In this document: one piece after another, positions 12,001 through 25,300 of the stretch
How positions within the stretch are numbered: the first letter of the stretch is position 1
Layout: each line of letters opens with the position of its first letter
DNA from: Azolla caroliniana
Taxonomy: Eukaryota > Plantae > Polypodiophyta
NCBI GenBank assembly: GCA_043228905.1
Contig: JBHGNT010000014.1
Span: 5,704,001 to 5,768,000 of the forward strand
DNA length: 64,000 nt
Direction: 5' to 3'
The notes under the pieces: generated by a model
What the model was told of the DNA's origin: nothing
Databases searched by the model: none
The model's input: the letters and a program-made list of their open reading frames with translations, nothing else
Translations under genes and position numbers: made by a program

Positions 12001-13492
12001 CGTGAATGTCCGGATCAAGTACACAATAATATAACGTAGAACAAGACAACTCGGATATTGATGGACACGAGGAAACAATCGAGAGGGATTGTTTTTTTAC
12101 ACATTGAATAAAATGCGTACAATCGTTCAGTACAAAAGAAATGGAATGACGAATCCAATCAATAAATAAAGAAGAGTTTTTATTATAAAACCAGGGATAA
12201 CCCAGTATTACATCGATGGTACAAAGATTCATTACATGGAAGTCTACTTCCTCTATATAAGTATCAATAGAAATTCTTAATGAATGAATCGCCCCGTTGA
12301 TGTATTGTACTCTTCCATCAGCCAAGTGCACCGTGTAGGTGTGATCACTTACGGTGGGTTGGATTCCCCATATCTGAACCAAACGATCATTCACAAAATT
12401 GTGTGAGCTTCCCGAATCAAATAAAAATTGTACGGGAGATCCATTGATATACCCGTTTGCACGTAGTAAATCATTGGGACCCAATACATAGTGAGGGAAA
12501 GAACATTGACAATTACTTAAATGGTGTGTATAGACCTGAAGGACATTAGGAATCTGACCTTTATGGTCTGCAGCTTTAGCTTTGTTGTCGTGCTCTTTCC
12601 GTTGGAGCTTTCGACATTGATCTTTTGTATGACCCTTCTTTTTGCAGAATACGCAAAAAGGATGTTGTCGCTTACAATCGCGATCCATGAATTCGTTGGG
12701 TGTCTTGCGTTTCCCAACAAATTGCGACTGCTTAGTCCCGGGCGCTTCGTTGGGTTTGTTATGGTCCTTCTTCGAAGTGCGTTGATAGCGAAGAACTATT
12801 TCAACGGCCTCTTCGAAGGATTTTGGATCCTTATCGTGCACTATCCAGTGATAGTCCGAATTGGGGATGCCATTGACAAAACAAGCTATCAACCAATTGT
12901 CCCCTTCTAGACCCGATTTTTGGATTTGGGTTCTAGCATGGTGAACATAGTCTTCTAGCGAGGAAAATTTCCTGCTAGAGAGGTTCATTAAAGCTTGTGC
13001 TGCCTCGGTTCGAGAGGGAGGTTGCAGAAATTGGCCCTTAAAAACCGTGACAAAATCTGTCCAGGTATCGGGCAATTTCCCCATAGTACGGAGCCCACGC
13101 CACCAGGCGGCGGCCTTACCCCCGAGTTCTCGGCCGACATATGCAATCTTCGTACTATCTGGCGTGGGATAGAGCTCAAAATGAGACTCCCATCGTCCCA
13201 GCCATGTGCAGATTGCTTCTTCGGTTCTTTCCTTTTTGTCTCCCGTAAATGGCTTAACGACAAATGATGGTTCACCTTGTCGCTCATCAGGTCTATTAGT
13301 CTCACGTTGTAGACTAATGACACGTGCCTCAAGAGCACTCTGAGATTGCCAAAGTTCGGTCATCTGTTGAGCGGTGAAACTAAGGTATTGGGTTATTTGT
13401 GCCAAATACATCTCAGTGGACATTTGTCCAGGAGGATTCCCTTGAGTTCCTTCCGCTTGAGCGGATGACATCGGGTTGTTAATTTGAGCCAT
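9059..13492 (-). pseudogene. gag-pol: Element C single-frame gag-pol (Gag, CCHC, PR, RT, RNase H, IN, chromodomain) with one in-frame TAA at 10352-10354
   Basis: [34 protein letters not shown]...SDRD, PERILD...IKW...DATWE. ORFs 10352-13492 and 9059-10270 share a frame. Confidence 0.92.
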
Positions 13493-14338
13493 TAAAAATT
13501 ATTTCTGGAAAAGAAATAGGATAAGGTCAGAGAGATAGTCATAACATCATGTCGTGATGTAAACATATCATGGGCGAGCATTAATCGATATCATTATCTC
13601 ACGTCAATACCCCTCTAGACGTATGAGATGAGGTTCAAGATCAGGTTACTATGGTAACACAAAGGTGTTTTAAAAACCATGGGGGTGACAAATAAATGTC
13701 TTTCCCTGATCTCTATATCGATTTTTTCATGGTGGCTCCCCGAGGCTCAACCATGTATATTCGCGTCATGAATAGTTTATACACGAAAAAAAATGTTAAC
13801 AATAAACTATGTTTCGGTGCTCACATAAGTGGTTTCGGCTCTTTAAGTCCTATTACGAGGACCCCGAGGTGCACTTAGACCTTAAGTCTAAACATGTGCT
13901 ATAGTCATATGTATCAAGGATGTTGTATGGTCTTGGTCATATTTGAACTCGAGACCACGAGAACAAATACATTAAACACTTGAGCCAACCAAGTAAGTTG
14001 CTCTTCTCGAATGCTTAATGTTTGATGCGTATAAGAGATATGCGAGGCAATTGATCATATATGTTTTTTTAAAAGAACATATATGTCAAGGGTCCTTATT
14101 TCGCCCTCATTTACCAAAACTATGTTGGTACGTTACCTAACCTCAAGTCTCGTAATTACGATGGCATATGCCAAAGTGCAACCTAATGGTCAAGCCAAAT
14201 GAGCCCTCGTTTCTTAGTAGGCTCACGTGGGCCATCACATGGTCACGTCATTACGAATGCCTCTCGTAAGAACGAGCTCATGGTGGCATCGTATCCATGT
14301 AACGAGGGAGGGATGTTGGATACGTGCGTCATTGGAGC

Positions 14339-14709
14339 TGTTGTATGTATGGCTGGACTAGCCTCAACACAGGTGTCTATCCGACACTTCTCCAAAGGGG
14401 TGGTAGGGATAGAATGTTAATACACGCGTATGATAATTACACTTAAGCACAGACGAAGACAAGATTAATCAGCATAAGCAAAACTATATTAATTCTTCGC
14501 CCCTTCATTACAAAACATCGGATCCTTTTATAGGCATCCGGCCAGATTACAATCGGTGCTCGGTAGGCAACCGTTAACCGAAACCGAATCGGTTCGGATC
14601 CGGATCGGTTACAACTACCGGATCCGTCCCTCCTAATAATTCTATTCCTATTTCTATATTTATCCGATCCGACCTTGCTTTCCCATTTGCCTTTTCTGAC
14701 CGGCCAACA
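14339..14709 (-). mobile_element. Solo LTR inserted in the 5' leader of element C
   Basis: TGTTG...CAACA ends. TSD GGAGC at 14334-14338 and 14710-14714. TATAAAA on the minus strand near 14530. Confidence 0.85.
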
Positions 14710-15057
14710 GGAGCGACCTCACTTGAAGTGGGTCAAGCCCTACGTACTCAACATCATTTTGGCTATTGGCGTTTCTTTACGTAACGAAATCGAGGTCGTC
14801 AACGGGGTTATCAACAATAAAAAAATGTTGAAAAAGGGATGGTGACAACGCCATTCTCACAAAAATGTGAGGACGGCCACCAACATCCTTTTCCCAACCA
14901 TGACAACTTTCGATATAATCACGTAATAACGAATATACACATATGTTTACTTATCACATATATACGATCAAATACGTATATATGTGACCACATATGCCTA
15001 TATTAAACATATCGTTATAGTAAATAGCCACAAATGATGTGATCGAGATACGTAATC

Positions 15058-15300
15058 GAGGTATATACCTCTACGCACACGAAACATCCACAAATAAGAG
15101 ATCATCGTAATACGCAATGGAGGTATTGACCTCTTACGCATACGAGACCAAACACATATCGTTTACAACAAATCAAGGTATTAAACTCATACGCAAACGT
15201 AACATATGTTCGTGAACGTAATACGTAATTGAGGTATTAACCTCGTATGCATACGACACTCATCACATATTATTAATATGTCAAACGAGGTATTGACCTC
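15058..15300. repeat. Five-unit hairpin repeat GAGGT-N4-ACCTC, period 55-62 bp
   Basis: Copies at 15058, 15120, 15175 (degenerate), 15231 and 15287. Confidence 0.8.
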
Positions 15301-15557
15301 GTGCACATATGTAAACGTTTTAGATAATCAATTAAAGACCACTACAACATCATTGACTTAATGAAAAAAATTACATATAAACTAAACACATGATTAGATG
15401 GGAGAAGAGAGAATAGAAAGAAAAATTATGGAAAGAGTTACCGAAGTTCTTTGTTGATCGTTGTCTGGATCAAGGCCAACCGCACAACGATCGATCAGCA
15501 TCAATCAAAAGACAAATGAAAAACAAAGAAACATTAGTATAAAAATCTGATACCAAA

Positions 15558-16012
15558 TATTATAGATCTAGGTACTAAAGTAAGCTTAAGATAAGGATAA
15601 AGAAATGAAAGATAGAAAGGAGAAAGAGAAAGAAGGGTGCCGATCCACTCGACCACCCCCAAGCGAAGGGATCAAGACGGACTCGAGCCTCGATCGGCGT
15701 CCCATACCACCGCCGTGGCGTCGAGTCGTACCTGGTGCTGGCGCGCTCGCTACAAGAGTTGACCCACCACACGAGCAGAGTCTCGATGTAGTCAAAAGAT
15801 GATCAAATGAGGGTAGCTAGGCCTCTTATTTATAGCGATACCCAAGGCCCCCAGGTAAGTTCACACTTGACCTAATGGGTTGTCTCAATCCCGAGGATTA
15901 AAAGTAATCCTCCCCTTCTTTACACTCTCGTTTAACCCTCACACTTATCCACGTGTATAGAATACTATGATAAATTCTTACCACGGGATATTATATGGTC
16001 ATGCCCATAACA
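15558..16012 (-). repeat. 5' LTR of element C
   Basis: Direct repeat of 8618-9072, next to the PBS. Confidence 0.95.
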
Positions 16013-17617
16013 GCTCACTTCGTCTTGTTGTAGATTACCGTGGCTTGAATAAGGTTACAATCTGAAATAGGTATGCACTCCCCCTTATGTCAAGTCTTTT
16101 AGAACGGATCAATGGTGCCAGGTTCTTCATGAAGATCGACTTACGGGGAGCCTATAACCTCGTAAGGATCCGACCAGGAGATGAATGGAAGACCGCGTTC
16201 TGCACAAGATATGGGCACTTCGAGTATACGGTCATGCCGTTCGGCCTCACTAATGCGCCAACAGTCTTCCAACACATGGAAAATGATATTTTTCGAGATC
16301 TCTTGGATGTTTGTCCAATCATCTATTTGGATGATCTACTGGTTTACTCAAAGATCCAAGAAGAGCATGATTCTCATGTACTGTTAGTAGTAAAATGGCT
16401 TCGAGAACATGGTCTTTATGCAAAGCTGGAAAAATGTAGTTTCGGGTGCAACCAGGTGGAATTTCTCGGCTATGTCATTTCCTCAGAAGGCATCTCCATG
16501 GACCCAGCTAAGGTCAAAACGGTGGTAGAATGGCAGACTCCGCGTTCGGTGCAGAATGTGCAATGCTTTCTAGGCTTTGCCAATTTTTACCGGAAGTTTA
16601 TAAAGGATTACTCAAAGCTCGTTTTGCCTCTTACACAACTTACCAGGAAGGGACAATCGTTCGTTTGGTCTGAAGAAGCGGACATGGCTTTTGAGAATCT
16701 TAAACAGGCATTTACATCGGCTCCGATTCTAGCTCACGTTGATCCAGAAAAATCATTCATCATCGAAGCGGACGCATCGGATTTTGCATTGGGGAGATTT
16801 CTATCACAACGAGGTAATGATGAAAAGCTACATCCTGTGGCTTTTCACTCACGCAAGTTTGACGCAGCCGAAATCAACTACGAAATTCATGATAATGAGC
16901 TATTGGCTATAGTGGACTCTTTTATGCAATGGAGGCATTTCTAGAGGGATCTTCTCATCAAGTCACTGTATTCAGTGACCACAAAAACCTCGCCTATTTT
17001 CAAGACGCTCGTCTGTTAAATCGATGTCAAGCTCGGTGGGCCCATTTTCTCACACGTTTCGACTTCAAGATTACATATCGACCTGGGAAGCATCAAGGGA
17101 AAGCAGATGCATTATCACGGCGTTCGTACCTAGCATTGTGTCCCGACGAGCCAACTTTCGATAACCAAAAGCAAGTAATCTTGGGACCGGCACGACTGCA
17201 AGCAACACAGGTCTTTGGCATGCCCATGGATTCCCACGTTATACTAGCACAAGCTATACTAGCACAAATTGATCCCTCTCGAGCGTCGTGTTCATAGTTG
17301 CAACCATCAGGTACGGACTATCGACAATTCAAATACCATGATGGATTACTCTTCTTTAAAGAACTTTTGTATGTTCCTAATGGTTCTTGCCACCTTTGAA
17401 TAGTACAAAACTGTCATGACACATATACAACTGGGCATTTTGGTAGTACTAAAACATTAGATTTAGTACAACGATCATTCTGGTGGCCCCGTATGCGACA
17501 ATTTGTTGAAGATTTTGTTCAGACTTGTGATATATGCTGCAGAGTGGAAATGCCAAGGCATCATCCATATGGTTTATTAGAACTATTACCAATTCCAAGC
17601 AAGCCGTGGCAATCCAT
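16013..17617 (+). pseudogene. pol: Element B pol part 2 (RT, RNase H, IN zinc finger)
   Basis: KIDLRGAYNL, YLDD, EADASDFA, GHFG...CDIC. Several stops and frameshifts. Confidence 0.9.
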
Positions 17618-18233
17618 TGTTGGGAATCAACGCTTGGATTCACCTTCACCGCTCGGCCACAACCGATTAATCGCGGATCAATGCAGCAGAAAATAGGAAC
17701 CACACAGAGAAACAAAAAAAAACGCGCGCACACAGGGATTAACGTGGAAAACCCTAGACGGGAAAAACCACGGGAGTACAAGACTCCAAACCAACACTAT
17801 ACAGAGAAGTATACAATGGCGAGCTCCAAGGCGACGACCTTGAGCTCGCTGTCCTCGCCACAGGCGGCGGAAATACACAGAGGCGTCTACCTCTTCCTCT
17901 CTCGCGCTCTATCTCTCTCTCTCTCTCACGGCTGCTCCCTCTTCACTCCTCTTGAGTGGAAAAACAGAAAAATGGGTAGCAACAACAAAACAGTTTGCCC
18001 TAAGTCATATTTATACACATATGACTTTGGGGCTATTTACAATTGTGGCCTCAGGGGCCCATAGCGAACATATTCACGGATATGTCCCTGCATCCGGATC
18101 GCTCTCCGGGTACATTCGTCATCCGGCACCGAAGCCGGGGTCTTCGTCATCCGGATCCGAAACCGAAACCGGGCTTGTCGGCATTCATCTCCGACATCCG
18201 ACCATCCCATCCGAAGGGACCGTGATCCCAACA
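17618..18233 (-). mobile_element. Copia solo LTR D, related to the LTRs of elements F and H
   Basis: TGTTGGGA...TCCCAACA. TSD TCCAT at 17613-17617 and 18234-18238. Host frame rejoins as PWQSIALDF. Confidence 0.93.
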
Positions 18234-18684
18234 TCCATTGCTCTAGACTTCATCACAGATCTTCCAGTCTCTAAGGGGTTCAATGCGATTCTAACAGTTG
18301 TAGATCGATATACGAAGATGGCTCATTTCTTGCCATGTACTACGGAAATCTCTAGTGAAGACACCGCCGAAATTGTCATGCGTGAAGTATGTCGGCATCA
18401 TGGACTTCCCGATAGTATCATCAGCGACCGTGGACCCCAGTTCGTGTCAAAATTCTGGAAGCACCTTTTCAAAATGCTCAAGGTCACTTGTAACCTCTCC
18501 TCCGGTTACCACCCACAAACCGATGGCCAAGCCGAACGAACCAATCAAACGCTGGAGCAGTATCTGCGGTGCTTTCTCAGCTATCATCAGGATGACTGGG
18601 CAAATATTCTCCACTTCGCCGAATTTGCCTATAATAACTCTATCCACGCATCGACTAAAGTTACGCCATTTTATGCTTATACGG
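18234..18684 (+). pseudogene. pol: Element B pol part 3 (integrase core)
   Basis: IALDFITDLP, IISDRGPQF, HPQTDGQAER. Confidence 0.9.
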
Positions 18685-19322
18685 TGTCGAGGTATTCCTC
18701 GCGGATGCGTGGAATGAGGCGGGACCTCGGGGGTCCTGTACCGAAGAGTAAGAGAGAAAGAGAAGAGACCCACTACGTGCGAGCGTAGATTCACAGGGAC
18801 ACGGCCCTTCGACACAAAGACGCGAATGGGACAGCGACACAGAAGACACGAAAAGTATGTATGTATTGACAAGACAAACAACAAGAACACGAAGACAACA
18901 AACACGAAGTCGGTTACAACCGAACAGGCCGGCGAACAGATGCCGATACCTGCTCGTAAACGCACAGAGGGGAAAGAGTAGGTTGGAGGTGCTGCCGGAA
19001 GCACTCGGGCATTCCTCAGAGCAGCGCGAGCCTCCCGAAACCTGCACAGAAGGAAGCTATGGCGTTTGCAACCGGAAAGAGAGAGAGAGAGAGAAGCCTT
19101 CGCATGCAAACCGACAACACTTCGTCCTCGACTCTCCGCGATCCTTCTACCCTCCTCGTCTCCCTCCTTTTATAGGCAAGGAAGGAGCCGTTTCCCCTTT
19201 ACTCCCTACCTACCGAATCTACCTAGGATCTCCTATGTACAACTTAAGGCGCACGTGCATGAAGAGTCGGTTTCTACGCTCCGGTGCACCGATTCCGCTC
19301 GTGGACGGTTTTCTTCACGACA
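18685..19322 (-). repeat. 3' LTR of element E
   Basis: Direct repeat of 30705-31341. Confidence 0.94.
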
Positions 19323-19395
19323 TCCGCCCCCACCTAACCGCGCATCCACCGGCATGCGCCAAATTGTGTTGGGACGGAGAAAACCGGTCTAGCCT

Positions 19396-21570
19396 TCATT
19401 CCCCGCCCGTCGGTTCTTCCTCGGTTTCGGATCGTTCGTCGTCCCGGTCCAGGTTAACCGGATCCGGCTCGTCGTCGTGACGCTTCTTGAACGCTTTGAT
19501 CCGTTTCCCAGCTACCGGTATCGCCACTCTTGTGCCGTCGAGTTCCGCCAGATGGTACGTCCCGTTGTCGTTGGCGCTTTGTACCACGTAAGGCCCGAAC
19601 CACCTTCTTGCGAACTTCCGCGTTGCTCGGTGCTGGTTGTTGAGGTTGCTGTCGTAGACTAGCACCTAGTCGCCTTCCTCGATCTTCTTCGGTCGGAGCC
19701 GGTGTGTTCGGTCGAACCGGGCTTTGTTCCTCATCCTTGCTTCCCGAAGCTTTTCCGCACCCTGCTCCATGTCCTCCGGTCTTCGCTCGAGCTGTCGTAT
19801 GCGCGCCGTCAACAGTTCCTCCCGGCTCATCTCGTCTCTCCAGTCCACGGTTGCCCATGAGGAGACCGTACGTTCGATCGGCATGATCGGGTTCTGCCCA
19901 AACATGAGCTCTTCCGGCATGAATCCGGTTACCGAACTGTGCGTAGTCCGGTCAGCCCACAACGCGTAAGGCAGTAGCCGCGGCCAGTTCCCGACTTGAC
20001 CTCCGCATGCCCGAACTAACGCCTTGACGATCGGTCCGTGTCCGTGCTCCACCTTCCCATTTGCCTCTGGATTGTACGCAGTGGTAAGCGAGAGCTTGAC
20101 CCCTAACCGATCGAACAGCTCCTCGGCCTCTTCGGCGTCCAACTCCCCGCGATCAGCCACGATCTTCCCGACGCACCCGTACCGGCATATTACGTCCTCG
20201 AGCAGGAACCGACATACGGCTGCAGTCGTTTTGTTCTGAAGGGCCCGGCCTTCCACCTGGTTCGTTAGATCTTCCCGAGCCAGGACTAGATACCGCATCT
20301 GTCCTACTCCTATCGGCATCGTTACCAGGTCTACCATCCATTTGAAGTGGATGGTTGGAGGGTACGTAGGGTGAAGTTCGTCCCGGTGTCGGACTATGGA
20401 GTGCATCTGACAGCTCTCGCAAGTTGTCACGAATCGATGCACGTCCCGGTATAGTCCCGGCCACCAGTACTTCCCCTTTATCTTCTCGAACGTGGCCCAG
20501 GTTCCACGGTGTCCGGCCCAAGGGCTGTCGTGGTAGGCCGTCAGCAGCTCCTCCTGTTCTTCCTTCATCGCTACCACCCGGAGCGGAGCGCCGTCCCTCT
20601 TCCTCGGGTGCTTCCATAAGTATCCGTCCCGGAGAAAGAATCGGTAAGCTTTCTTCCGGATCCGGTTGGCCTCGTCCTTCGTCCATGACGCATCCGGCGT
20701 CATTGTCCTCAAGAATCCACCGATCTGGAGCCACTCGCCGTCGTACTTGCTCTCATCGAAGTCGTTAAGTGCCGGAGTGCTCGTCCCATCGGTCGTCACG
20801 TACGCCGCCTCGAAGAAGTCCACGCCGACTTCTTCGTCCTCCGAAACCATGCCGCCCTCGTCATCAAACCTCGCCCTTGAAAGCATGTCGGCCATGGCGT
20901 TGTCCTTTCCGGAAATGTGTCGTATCTCCGGGTCCAGGGACTTGATGTACGCTATCCACCTGAGCATCGCCAGGTCCGGTGTCGCGCATCCGGAAACCAT
21001 GCCAAGAATCGGCAGGCAATCCATCTCGATAATCACTTCTGTCCTGATCAGGTAGTCTTTGTCCGCCTTTACCGCCGAAACGATACCCCAGAGTTCGCGT
21101 TTAACCTAGGCGTACCCTCGCTGTCGCTCACTGAGGACCTTAGCGCCGAATCGGATCGGGAACCGGGTGCCGTCCTCGTCTTCTTGGTTGACGACCCATC
21201 CGATCCCGGTCGGGCTCGTATCCACCGTTATGTATACCGGGGTACCCTTCTCGTAGACAGCCTTCCGGAGCGCCGGTGCTGCCGCAAGAGCTTCCTTCAG
21301 CTTCCGGACCGACCCCGTGTGCTCGTCTCGCCACTCGAATCTTTGCCCCTTCTTCAGCAACCCGTATAGTGGCTCCGCAACGTGGGCGTAATGCGGGATC
21401 CATATGTGGTAGAACGCGCATGCCCCCAGGAACCTCCGAACTTCCGTAACCGAGCTACAGTCGGTCTTCATCGCGGAGATGGCTTCTACCTTTGCCGGAG
21501 ACGGCTTCCGGCCATATGGTGCACATAGATGCCCGACCACCAGGATTTCTGATTGCCCGAAGGCCGATTT
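19396..21570 (-). pseudogene. pol: Element E pol 3' part (RT end, RNase H, IN, GPY)
   Basis: ITVDTSPTGIG, AGHRG...CESC, WMVDL...IVADRGE, WFGPY. In-frame stops near 21107 and 19666. Confidence 0.9.
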
Positions 21571-22372
21571 TGTTATACGCAGTGCTCGGCCACAACCGAG
21601 AAATAGGATTAACTTTCAGAAAACAGGAATTACAAAATACACGAAGATAATGGGGAGAAGAGTACACAGGATATTTTACGTGGAAAACCCTAAGTGGGAA
21701 AAACCACGGGAGTCCTCAAACTCCAACTATCACTATATGCAGAGATGTACAATGATGAAGCTACAAGGCAACAACCTTGAGCTCACAGTCTTCGCCACAG
21801 GCGGCGGTAATACACTGAGGCAACGACCTCTTCGTCTCTCACACTCTCTCGGCTGCTCTCACTTCGCTCCCTCTTCGTGGAAAACAGAAAATGAGCAACA
21901 ACAACATAAAACTGTTTGCCCTAAGTCATATTTATACACATATGACTTTTGGGCTATTTACAAATATAGCCTCAAGGGCTCTTGGCAAACATATTCACAA
22001 ATATGTCCCCGCATCCGGATCTCTCTCCGGGTACATTCGTCATCCGGCTCCGTAACCGGGGTCTTCAGCATCCGGCTCCGTAACCGGGGTCTTCATCATC
22101 CGGCTCCGTAACCGGGGTCTTCATCATCCGGCTCCGTATCCGGGTACATTCGTCATCCGGCTCCGTAACCGGGGTCTTCAGCATCCGGCTCCGTAACCGG
22201 GGTCTTCATCATCCGGCTCCGTAACCGGGGTCTTCATCATCCGGCTCCGTATCCGGGTACTCTTTATCCGGCTTCATGCCGGGTACTCTTCATCATCCGG
22301 TTCCGTAACCGCAACCGGGCTTGCCGTCATTCATCTCCGGACATCCCATCCGGAGGGACCGAAATCCCAACA
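21571..22372 (-). repeat. 3' LTR of element F, containing a ~30-bp tandem array (CATCCGGCTCCGTAACCGGGGTCTTCAT) at about 22010-22310
   Basis: Direct repeat of 26461-27262. Confidence 0.96.
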
Positions 22373-22382
22373 AACTCCCCCT

Positions 22383-25300
22383 TCACTTCGGCATGGGATG
22401 TCTCTCCAATCCGACTCTCTTCCGGCACGCTCCCAGCTTGTCGGGTGTGAGCACTTTGGTCAGCATATCCGACCCGTTCTCGTCCGTGTGGACCTTCGTC
22501 AGCACGAACTCCTTGTCTTCTATCCTTTCCCGGATCCAGTGATATCTTCGCTGGATGTGCTTCGTCCGGGAGTGATAGGCCGCGTTCTTCGCAAGGTGGA
22601 TGGCACTCTGACTGTCGCAGTAGAGTCGGTACTCCTCCTGCTGGATACCGAGCTCTCTAATGAAGTCCTTCATCCATATTATTTCTTTGCCGGCTTCAAC
22701 AGCCGCCATGTACTCCGCCTCCGTGGTTGACAACGCAACCGTCTTCTGCAGCCTCGACTGCCACGAAACAGCTCCCCCTGCATACGTCATCACATACCCT
22801 GATGTGGACCGGCTGGTATCTGCATCAGCCGACATATCAGAATCAGTAAAGCCTTCAAGTTCGGGCTTACCGGAGCCGAATCGGAGGCACACGTTTGCCG
22901 TGCCCTTCAGGTATCGGAGTATCCACTTGACCGCGTTCCAGTGCTCTTTGCCGGGATTGCTCATGTACCGGCTCACCACTCCAACTGCATATGCTATGTC
23001 CGGTCTTGTACACACCATTGCGTACATTAAGCTTCCGACGGCAGAGGCATATGGTACTTTCATCATGTCCTCCTTCTCAGCCTTTGTCTTGGGGCTTTGC
23101 TTGCTGGACAACTTGCAGTTTCCCGGGAGGGTTGACCCGACCGGTCTTGCTTCCGACATGTTGAACCGGTGAAGCACCTTTGTCACGTACTTCTCCTGTG
23201 ACAGCCACAACTGCTTCTTCTTCCGGTCCCGGATGATGTGCATCCCTAATATTTGCCTCGCCGGACCCAGGTCCTTCATTGAGAAGGTTCGGTGAAGCGC
23301 TTTCTTCAGCGTCCGTATCTTGACCTGGTCCCGTCCGACGATCAACATGTCGTCCACGTATAGGAGGAGTATTAGAGAGTCTCCTCCTTCGAACTTCTTC
23401 ACAAACACGCAGTGATCGGACTGCGTTTTGTGGTACCCTTCGTCGGTCATGAAGGAGTCGAACTTCCGGTACCATTGCCGGGGAGCCTGCTTCAATCCGT
23501 ACAGGCTTTTCTTCAATCGGCATACCAGGTGCTCCTTCCCTTTCTTCTCGAATCCTTCCGGTTGCTGCATGTAGATCTCTTCTTCGAGGTCACCGTGAAG
23601 GAATGCCGTCTTCACGTCCATCTGTTCTACCTCGAGGTCCATGCTTGCCGCTATGCTCAGCACCATCCGGATGGAGGTCATCTTCACTACCGGGGCGAAT
23701 ATCTCGTCGAAGTCGACGCCCTTCTTCTGCTGAAACCCCTTCACCACGATCCTGGCTTTGTATCTCGGGGGGTTTCCGGCATCTCCCGGTTTCAGCTTGA
23801 ACACCCACTTGTTTCGAAGTGCCCGCTTTCCTTTCGGCAACTCCACAAGTTCATATGTGTGGTTCTCATGCAGGGAATCCATCTCGTCCTGCATGGCACT
23901 CAACCACCTGCGGCTCTGGGTGTCATGCTTTGCTTCTTCAAAGCTCTCCGGCTCCCCTTCGTCGGTTAGCAGCACGTGCTCTGGTTCCGGAAATCTCCGG
24001 GGGGCCCTTCTCTCTCTTAGAGGATATCTCCGTTCCGGAGCTTCGGTAACCGGTTCTTCCGATTCTTCTTCATCCGAATCCATTTCGGGATCGGGGCCGG
24101 TTCCGGTATCATTTTCATCTTCTTCGGCCGGTTCCTCGAGTGTTAACCGGTCCCTTGCCGGTCGGGACTGCTCCTCGTAGAGTTGATCCTCACCGATCGA
24201 CTTGGAGCTCTTCATCTTCTTCTCCGACTCCCAGTCGGCGAGTGTCTTGTCCTCCATGAAGATGATGTCTCGACTCCTGAATATCTTCTTGTCGACCGGG
24301 TCCCATACTCGGTAGCCGAACTCGTCGTCGCCGTAACCGAGGAATATGCATGGCCGGGTCTTTGGATCTAGCTTTCCTCTCCGGTCCTTTGCCACATGCA
24401 CGTATGCGAGACACCCGAACACCTTCAGATGCCGGTAGGACACTTCCTTACCGGTCCACACTTTCTGCGGCGTGTCTCCATCCAAAGGTACTGAGGGTGA
24501 TCTGTTTATCACGTATGTCGCCGTCGACATTGCCTCAGCCCAAAACCCCTTGGGTAATTTCGCATGTGCCAGCATACTCCGGACCCTCTCCATTATGGTC
24601 CGGTTCATCCTCTCGGCCAGCCCGTTTAGTTCCGGCGTCTTCGGCACAGTAAACTCGAGCCGGATTCCCTTCGAGCGACAGTACTCCTGGAACTGCCCCC
24701 GGTATTCCCCTCCGTTATCCGCTCGTATCGCTTTCAGCTTCTTGCCGGATTCTCTTTCCACTCTCGCGTGGAGTTCTTTGAAGACGGACAACACTTGGTC
24801 CTTTGTCTTCAACGGCGCCGTCCACAGCTTCCGGCTGTGATCATCAATGAAAGTCACGAAGTACTGGGCTCCGCCATGTGACTTCGTTTCTACCTGACAC
24901 ACATCAGTGTGCACCAACTCCAATGGTGCGCTACGTCTCGTCGGTGGCCTTGAGTGGAAGGAGGTTCGGTTCTGCTTACCGGCCAGGCAATCGGTGCACT
25001 TCTCCAGATGCACATGCTTCACTGGAATGAGGTTGTCTTCTGCATGCCTCTTCATCCCCTTCTCACTCATGTGGCACAGTCTCTTGTGCCACAGCTCACC
25101 GGCAGTGTCGGCTGCCACGTTCAGCTCCTCCGGACATAGCCGGGAATTCATCAGGTACAGGGTGTTGACCTTCCGGGCCCGAGCCACTATCAGGCTCCCC
25201 TTGCTGAACTTCATGACACCGTTCCGGATGCTACCCGTGTAGCCTTCATCATCTAGCCTCCCGGCCGAGATCAGGTTCAATCGGACCTCCGGAACGTGTC

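Larger units (their letters stand above)
8618..16012 (-). mobile_element. Ty3/gypsy chromovirus element C (iMet-primed, plant-type chromodomain), inserted in the RT of element B
   Basis: 455-bp LTRs 8618-9072 and 15558-16012 with about 7 differences. TSD GCTCA at 8613-8617 and 16013-16017. PBS TGGTATCAGA 15546-15555. PPT 9073-9086. Confidence 0.95.

Noticed and set aside
15058-15300. CRISPR-like repeat-spacer appearance
   Set aside because: Repeats are only 14 bp and degenerate, lie inside a eukaryotic retrotransposon leader, and no cas genes are present.
17952-18788. 278-aa integrase ORF with a novel N-terminus
   Set aside because: Chance fusion of solo LTR D sequence to the element B integrase.
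21479-22111. ORFs repeated in LTRs (also 26540-27001, 33537-33869, 38325-38657)
   Set aside because: They recur only because the LTRs are duplicated, and have no protein features.
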